From: Eledone cirrhosa | Lineage: Eukaryota | Reading direction: 5' to 3' | Assembly: GCA_964016885.1 (NCBI GenBank) | Contig: OZ024766.1 | Span: forward strand, 20,646,001 to 20,710,000 | DNA length: 64,000 bases | Shown here: piece after piece, positions 58,366 through 64,000 of the stretch | How the letters are laid out: every line of letters begins with the position of its first letter | Position numbering within the stretch: the stretch's first letter is position 1 | The notes under the pieces: generated by a model | Database searches by the model: none | What the model saw: only the letters and a program-made list of their open reading frames with translations | Told to the model about the DNA's origin: nothing | Translations under genes and position numbers: made by a program

Positions 58366-58379
58366 GTTTCCATGGTTAC
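58366..58379. promoter_or_regulatory. RFX X-box motif
   Basis: GTTTCCATGGTTAC (reverse complement GTAACCATGGAAAC) is a near-canonical palindromic X-box. It lies in a unique island about 2.2 kb upstream of the CCDC57-like ATG. Confidence 0.6.
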
Positions 58380-58535
58380 ACTCTATACGACTAAAAACGT
58401 ACCTTGCTGTCTCTATTAATTAAGTAATTACAGGTGACAATTAAAGAAACTGGCAGCACATTTTTCTCACCTGGCTTACATTCATGTCCAGGTGATATTG
58501 TTGTTTTTATTGTTTTAAATTTGTTTCGTTATAGG

Positions 58536-58615
<80 letters not shown>

Positions 58616-58671
58616 GTGTGTGTAATCTATATATATATGTATATATATATATATGTGTATGTATATATTTA

Positions 58672-58744
<73 letters not shown>

Positions 58745-58769
58745 GTATATATATATATGTATATATATG

Positions 58770-58816
<47 letters not shown>

Positions 58817-58825
58817 GTATATATG

Positions 58826-58858
<33 letters not shown>

Positions 58859-58861
58859 GTA

Positions 58862-58979
<118 letters not shown>

Positions 58980-58980
58980 G

Positions 58981-59013
<33 letters not shown>

Positions 59014-59028
59014 CGATGTATATATATG

Positions 59029-59186
59029 AGAAATAGCCGTCGAAACGGCTTGAGCTCTGTCGTCGGGGTCCTACTCGTTCCTATATATATATATACATAT
59101 ATATACATATATATTATTTATATATATATATAGGAAAAAGTATGACCCCGACGGCAGAGCTCAAGCCGTTTTGACGGCTATTTCTT
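59029..59186. mobile_element. Tail-to-tail pair of the same element arms around a (TA)n spacer
   Basis: agaaatagccgtcgaaacggcttgagctctgtcgtcggggtcctactcgttcc ... (TA)n ... inverted copy. A degenerate single arm also lies at about 2600-2645. Confidence 0.55.
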
Positions 59187-59765
59187 ATATATATATATAT
59201 GTGTATGTATGTGTATATAATGTATATGTGTATATATATGTATATGTGTATATATATGTGTATGTGTATATAATGTATATGTGTATATATATGTGTATGT
59301 ATGTGTATATAATGTATGTGTGTATATATATATATATATATTATGTATATATAATGTATATATAATGTATGTATATGTATATATATATATATACAGCTAC
59401 TTAAGTTTCGTTATCTTATATACCCCAACTCGTTCAGCCTGTTATAAAATATATATAGATAGATATATGTGTGTGTATATATATGTGTGTATGTATAGAA
59501 GTGTGTGACTGTTTATTACTGTCTACATACGTTGTGTCTTTATAACTGTCTATGTCTATATATACCCTGTGTGTATATAATTGTGTATATAGCATGTAAA
59601 TGTATATGTGTATATATATGTTTACATCCTGTAAGTGTGTATATATGTATATATCATGTAAGTGCGTTTATAACTGTGTATATATCATGTAAGTGTGTAT
59701 ATATATATGTATACAGCCTGTAAGTGTATATATATATATGTATATGTATATATCCTGTAAGTGTG

Positions 59766-59796
<31 letters not shown>

Positions 59797-59818
59797 GTAT
59801 ATATATATGTATGTATGT

Positions 59819-60420
59819 CAGGTCACCACTTGGTGCTACTGGTAACATGTATCCCAGTACAACCTGTCCCATGGTCGGGTCGTTGGCGACTAAACTGGCA
59901 ACCCCACCAAGGTTTCTTGGTGAGGAGGGTGACTTTGGACATCCTGCAGGACTAAAAACAAAACCTGTCAAAGGGCAAAGGAGCTCTTAAGAGTCAATGG
60001 CCAACCAAAATCACCGGGAGAGATGACCCCTTAGCCTTTGTCAAGGCAGAATTCTAGAAGGAAAACTCTGATATAACACCTGCAACCCTGATGGTATCCA
60101 ATGATGTTGACTTGTTCTTCTTTTTGGTAAATATCATCTTGGTTAAGAGAGTGGGACTGGCTTTGTGCAGTGCCTTTGCTCACTATAAAAGCTTCACGGC
60201 ACAGGCATTGCTTTATATCTGGAGATCTCTCTGCACTTGTCGTCACATGGTACCATGGGCCCAGCACTATGTGTCAATAATTGTCACAAGTGTAGTGTTT
60301 GTACCAGAGTTTTCAAGTCGCTGGCTGGACTAAAAAGTCACACTCGTTCAGCGCATCGGTAGGGGTTCTCCTACATGGATATAAAGTAGTGGCCGTACTC
60401 GAAAACGAGTTGGCAGCCAC
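59819..60420 (+). mobile_element. Probable interspersed repeat (LINE 5' UTR-like fragment)
   Basis: A GC-richer island with no convincing ORF or exon; only recalled resemblance to RTE 5' UTRs (ggcgactaaactggcaacccc). Confidence 0.3.
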
Positions 60421-60538
60421 CATATATATATGTATGTGTTTATGTCCTGTAACTTAGCAGTTCAACAAAAAAAGTTTGTTAAAATAAGTATCAGGCTTGA
60501 AAATTACTGATATATTGTTATTTCAATATTTATTAGTT

Positions 60539-60615
60539 ATGGAAACTTCTGGAAAGTCTTGGAAGGAAGATATTCTGGAAAAAGGACAGCAATGGCAGCT
60601 GGTAGTCCAACAGAG
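60539..60615 (+). CDS. CCDC57: Coiled-coil domain-containing protein 57-like, first coding exon
   Basis: ttag acceptor just before the ATG. Reads METSGKSWKEDILEKGQQWQLVVQQ(R) with a phase-2 donor AG|GTATTT matching the next exon. Resembles the CCDC57 N-terminus as recalled (..LLRKEEEWRALQ..). Confidence 0.72.
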
Positions 60616-60640
60616 GTATTTATTTTAAGTAGGGGTTTAA

Positions 60641-61280
60641 CCCTTTAGCATTTACATTACTCTATATATACTATTGTATTGTCACAGTAAAGGCTTTACC
60701 TCACATAATACCTCACATAACATTTACATTACTCTATATATACTATTGTATTGTCACAGTAAAGGCTTTACCTCACATAATACCTCACATAACATTTACA
60801 TTACTCTATATATACTATTGTATTGTCACAGTAAAGGCTTTACCTCACATAATATCTCACATAACATTTACATTACTCTATATATACTATTGTATTGTCA
60901 CAGTAAAGGCTTTACCTCACATAATATCTCACATAACATTTACATTACTCTATATATACTATTGTATTGTCACAGTAAAGGCTTTACCTCACATAATACC
61001 TCACATAACATTTACATTACTCTATATATACTATTGTATTGTCACAGTAAAGGCTTTACCTCACATAATACCTCACATAACATTTACATTACTCTATATA
61101 TACTATTGTATTGTCACAGTAAAGGCTTTACCTCACATAATATCAAATCTAAGAGATTTTGATGTTATTTATTTTGAGAGCAATACCTTAACATCAGTAC
61201 GAGTGGCTGGTTGTAGTCAGTTTGAACAGAAAGAGCTGAGAGAATTTTGGCCTAATACGACTGGTTTAAATGTTAAAGGG
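60641..61280. mobile_element. Non-autonomous piggyBac-like element with an internal 7 x 72-bp array
   Basis: TTAA|CCCTTTAGCATTTA ... TAAATGTTAAAGGG|TTAA gives TIRs and a TTAA target duplication; 72-bp period at about 60650-61145. Confidence 0.75.
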
Positions 61281-61416
61281 TTAATGTGTGCTATTAAGGG
61301 TTTAATAGTTATTCTATAGCCATTACCTGGGTATTTAACACCCTAGAGTAGCTCTACAGTGTGTACCTGGGTATTTAGTACCCTAGGGTAGCTCTACAAA
61401 ATGTCACCTCTCTCTC

Positions 61417-61461
<45 letters not shown>

Positions 61462-61489
61462 CCCTCTCTCTCTCTCTCTCTGTCCACAG

Positions 61490-61644
61490 AGTGACCATTC
61501 TGGAGCAGAGCATCGAAGATAAAGACAAGGCGCTTCACCACCTCCACGAGAAGTACTCCCTACTGAAGGGGTCGTTTCAATACAACCTTCAGTTAATCGC
61601 AGAGAGGGACCAAGAACTGAGGCAGCTTGAGACCCAGGTCAAAG
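61490..61644 (+). CDS. CCDC57: CCDC57-like, coding exon 2
   Basis: (ct)n-gtccacag acceptor, donor AAAG|GTTAGA. Reads VTILEQSIEDKDKALHHLHEKYSLLKGSFQYNLQLIAERDQELRQLETQVK; FxYNLQxxxERDxEL is the motif I recall from CCDC57. Confidence 0.8.
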
Positions 61645-61924
61645 GTTAGATAGGGCCCTTGTTGTTGTTGGTGGTGGTGGGGCCAGTATTGAGACCCAGG
61701 TCAAAGGTTAGATAGGGCCCTTGTTGTTGTTGTTGGTGGGGCCAGTATTGAGACCCAGGTCAAAGGTTAGATAGGGCCCTTGTTGTTGGTGGTGGTGGGG
61801 CCAGTATTGAGACCCAGGTCAAAGGTTAGATAGGGCCCTTGTTGTTGGTGGTGGTGGGGCCAGTATTGAGACCCAGGTCAAAGGTTAGATAGGGCCCTTG
61901 TTGGTGTTGGTGGTGGGGCCAGTA
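61629..61924 (+). repeat. 5 x ~59-62-bp tandem repeat of the exon end plus splice donor
   Basis: gagacccaggtcaaag|gttagatagggcccttgttg..ggggccagtatt starts at 61629, 61691, 61750, 61809 and 61868. Confidence 0.9.
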
Positions 61925-61984
61925 GGTATGGAGGGGTGTTGTTGGAGGAGAATTGCTTGTCTATCTAATTTTCATCTGTGATAT

Positions 61985-63128
61985 GGAGGCAGATGGCTTA
62001 GTGGTTAGAGCATTGGCTTTGCAATGGAAAGGTTGTGAGTTCAATTCTCAGACCGGGTGATGTGTTGTTTCCTTGAGCAAGGCACTTTATTTCACATTGC
62101 TCCAGTTTACTCAGCTGTAGAAATGAGATGATAGGGACTGGGGTCCCTATCATTCCACTGTAAAGTGGTCGTGGAGGTGCCACGGCAAAAGAGCACCCAG
62201 CACTCACTGTAAAGTGGTCGTGGAGGTGCCACGGCAAAAAAAGCACCCAGCACTCACTGTAAAGTGGTCGTGGAGGTGCCACGGCAAAAAAAGCACCCAG
62301 CACTCACTGTAAAGTGGTCGTGGAGGTGCCACGGCAAAAAAGCACCCAGCCCACACTGTAAAGTGGTCGTGGAGGTGCCACGGCAAAAAAAAGCACCCAG
62401 CACTCACTGTAAAGTGGTCGTGGAGGTGCCACGGCAAAAAAGCACCCAGCACTTACTGTAAAGTGGTCGTGGAGGTGCCACGGCAAAAAGAGCACCCAGC
62501 ACTCACTGTAAAGTGGTCGTGGAGGTGCCACGGCAAAAAAGCACCCAGCGCTTACTGCAAAGTGGTTGTGGAGGTGCCACGGCAAAAAAAGCACCCAGCC
62601 CACACTGTAAAGTGGTCGTGGAGGTGCCACGGCAAAAAAAAGCACCCAGCACTCACTGTAAAGTGGTCGTGGAGGTGCCACGGCAAAAAAAAGCACCCAG
62701 CACTCACTGTAAAGTGGTCGTGGAGGTGCCACGGCAAAAAAAAGCACCCAGCACTCACTGTAAAGTGGTCGTGGAGGTGCCACGGCAAAAAAAGCACCCA
62801 GCCCACACTGTAAAGTGGTCGTGGAGGTGCCACGGCAAAAAAAAGCACCCAGCACTCACTGTAAAGTGGTCGTGGAGATGCCACGGAAAAAAAGCACCCA
62901 GCCCTCACTGTAAAGTGGTCGTGGAGGTGTCACGGCAAAAAAGCACCCAGCACTCACTGTAAAGTGGTCGTGGAGGTGCAGGGCAAAAAAGCACCCAGCA
63001 CTCACTGTAAATGAGGTTGGTGTTAGGAAGGGCATCCAGCTGTAGAAATCAAGCCAGAATCAGTTCCCGTCCCACCCTTGCAAGCAGGGAAAAGCGGACG
63101 TAAAATGAAATGAAAATGAAATGATGAT
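61985..63128 (+). mobile_element. Full-length SINE with ~17 x 49/50-bp units, in a CCDC57-like intron
   Basis: Head, central block, 49-mer array, RTE tail. Confidence 0.85.
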
Positions 63129-63331
63129 TGTTTTACACGTTTTTATTGAATGTAAACTTCCCCCCATTGTACTTGTCCCCTTCTTTTGTGCCCTTGTGGC
63201 TAATAAAGAAACATAGCTATCTATCTATCTATATATCTATATATCTCTCTGTCTCTCTCTGTCTCTCTGTCTCTCTCTCTCTCTCTCTGTCTGTCTCTCT
63301 CTCTGTCTGTCTCTCTCTCTCTGTCTGTCTC

Positions 63332-63378
<47 letters not shown>

Positions 63379-63493
63379 GTCTGTCTCTCTGTCTGTCTCT
63401 CTGTCTGTCTCTCTCTCTCTCTGTCTGTCTCTCTGTCTGTCTCTCTCTCTCTCTGCCTGTCTGTCTGTCTCTCTCTCTCTCTGTCTGTCTCTC

Positions 63494-63537
<44 letters not shown>

Positions 63538-63649
63538 TCTCTCTCTCTCTCTGTCTGTCTGTCTGTCTGTCTCTCTCTGTCTCTCTGTCTGTCTCTCTCT
63601 CTCTCTGTCTCTCTCTCTCTCTGTCTGTCTCTCTCTCTGTCTGTCTCTC

Positions 63650-63724
<75 letters not shown>

Positions 63725-63764
63725 GTCTCTAAGTGTCACTCGAATCTCTGTTGTTCTCTTCCAG

Positions 63765-63933
63765 ACTTGAGTGTCAAGCTGAGTGTGAGCAATGCCTCGA
63801 CCAGTGAGTGGAGGATTGAGCAAGCGAAGCACGAGGAGGAGATGAGACGGCTTGAAGAGGAGAGGTTGGAGGAGAGGACATACTGGAGGGGACGTGTACG
63901 GCAGAGAGAGGAGGAGGTGGTGGAGATGAGAAG
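63765..63933 (+). CDS. CCDC57: CCDC57-like, coding exon 3 (gene continues beyond the window)
   Basis: ttctcttccag acceptor, phase 1 matching the previous exon, donor AG|GTGAGA. Reads DLSVKLSVSNASTSEWRIEQAKHEEEMRRLEEERLEERTYWRGRVRQREEEVVEMR, coiled-coil-like. Confidence 0.78.
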
Positions 63934-64000
63934 GTGAGAGAAGTGGGGGGGGGGGGGGCTGGTTATTGTGTTGGTGTTGTGGTGGTGGTGTTGGTGGTGC

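Overview
Eukaryotic, extremely microsatellite-rich DNA, most consistent with a coleoid cephalopod (octopus-like; inferred from the SINE and RTE-LINE repeat types, not from a search). Nearly all long ORFs in the track are translations of (TA)n/(CA)n/(GTG)n/(CT)n tracts. Two real spliced genes can be assembled by hand. (1) A complete minus-strand gene with three coding exons (40982-40904, 38172-38002, 30556-30339) encodes a ~155-aa secreted, probably GPI-anchored Ly6/uPAR three-finger (quiver/sleepless-like) protein with 12 rather than 10 cysteines. (2) The first three coding exons of a plus-strand CCDC57-like centriolar coiled-coil gene (60539-60615, 61490-61644, 63765-63933) lie downstream of a strong RFX X-box. 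The rest is mobile-element derived: at least seven tRNA-headed, RTE-tailed SINE copies carrying a variable-number 49-bp internal repeat, their partner RTE LINE 3' end, a 5.8-kb satellite built from 33 RTE codons, piggyBac-like and Helitron-like remnants, a long palindrome, and several Penelope-type hammerhead ribozyme motifs, including a complete inverted pair at 42412-42909.
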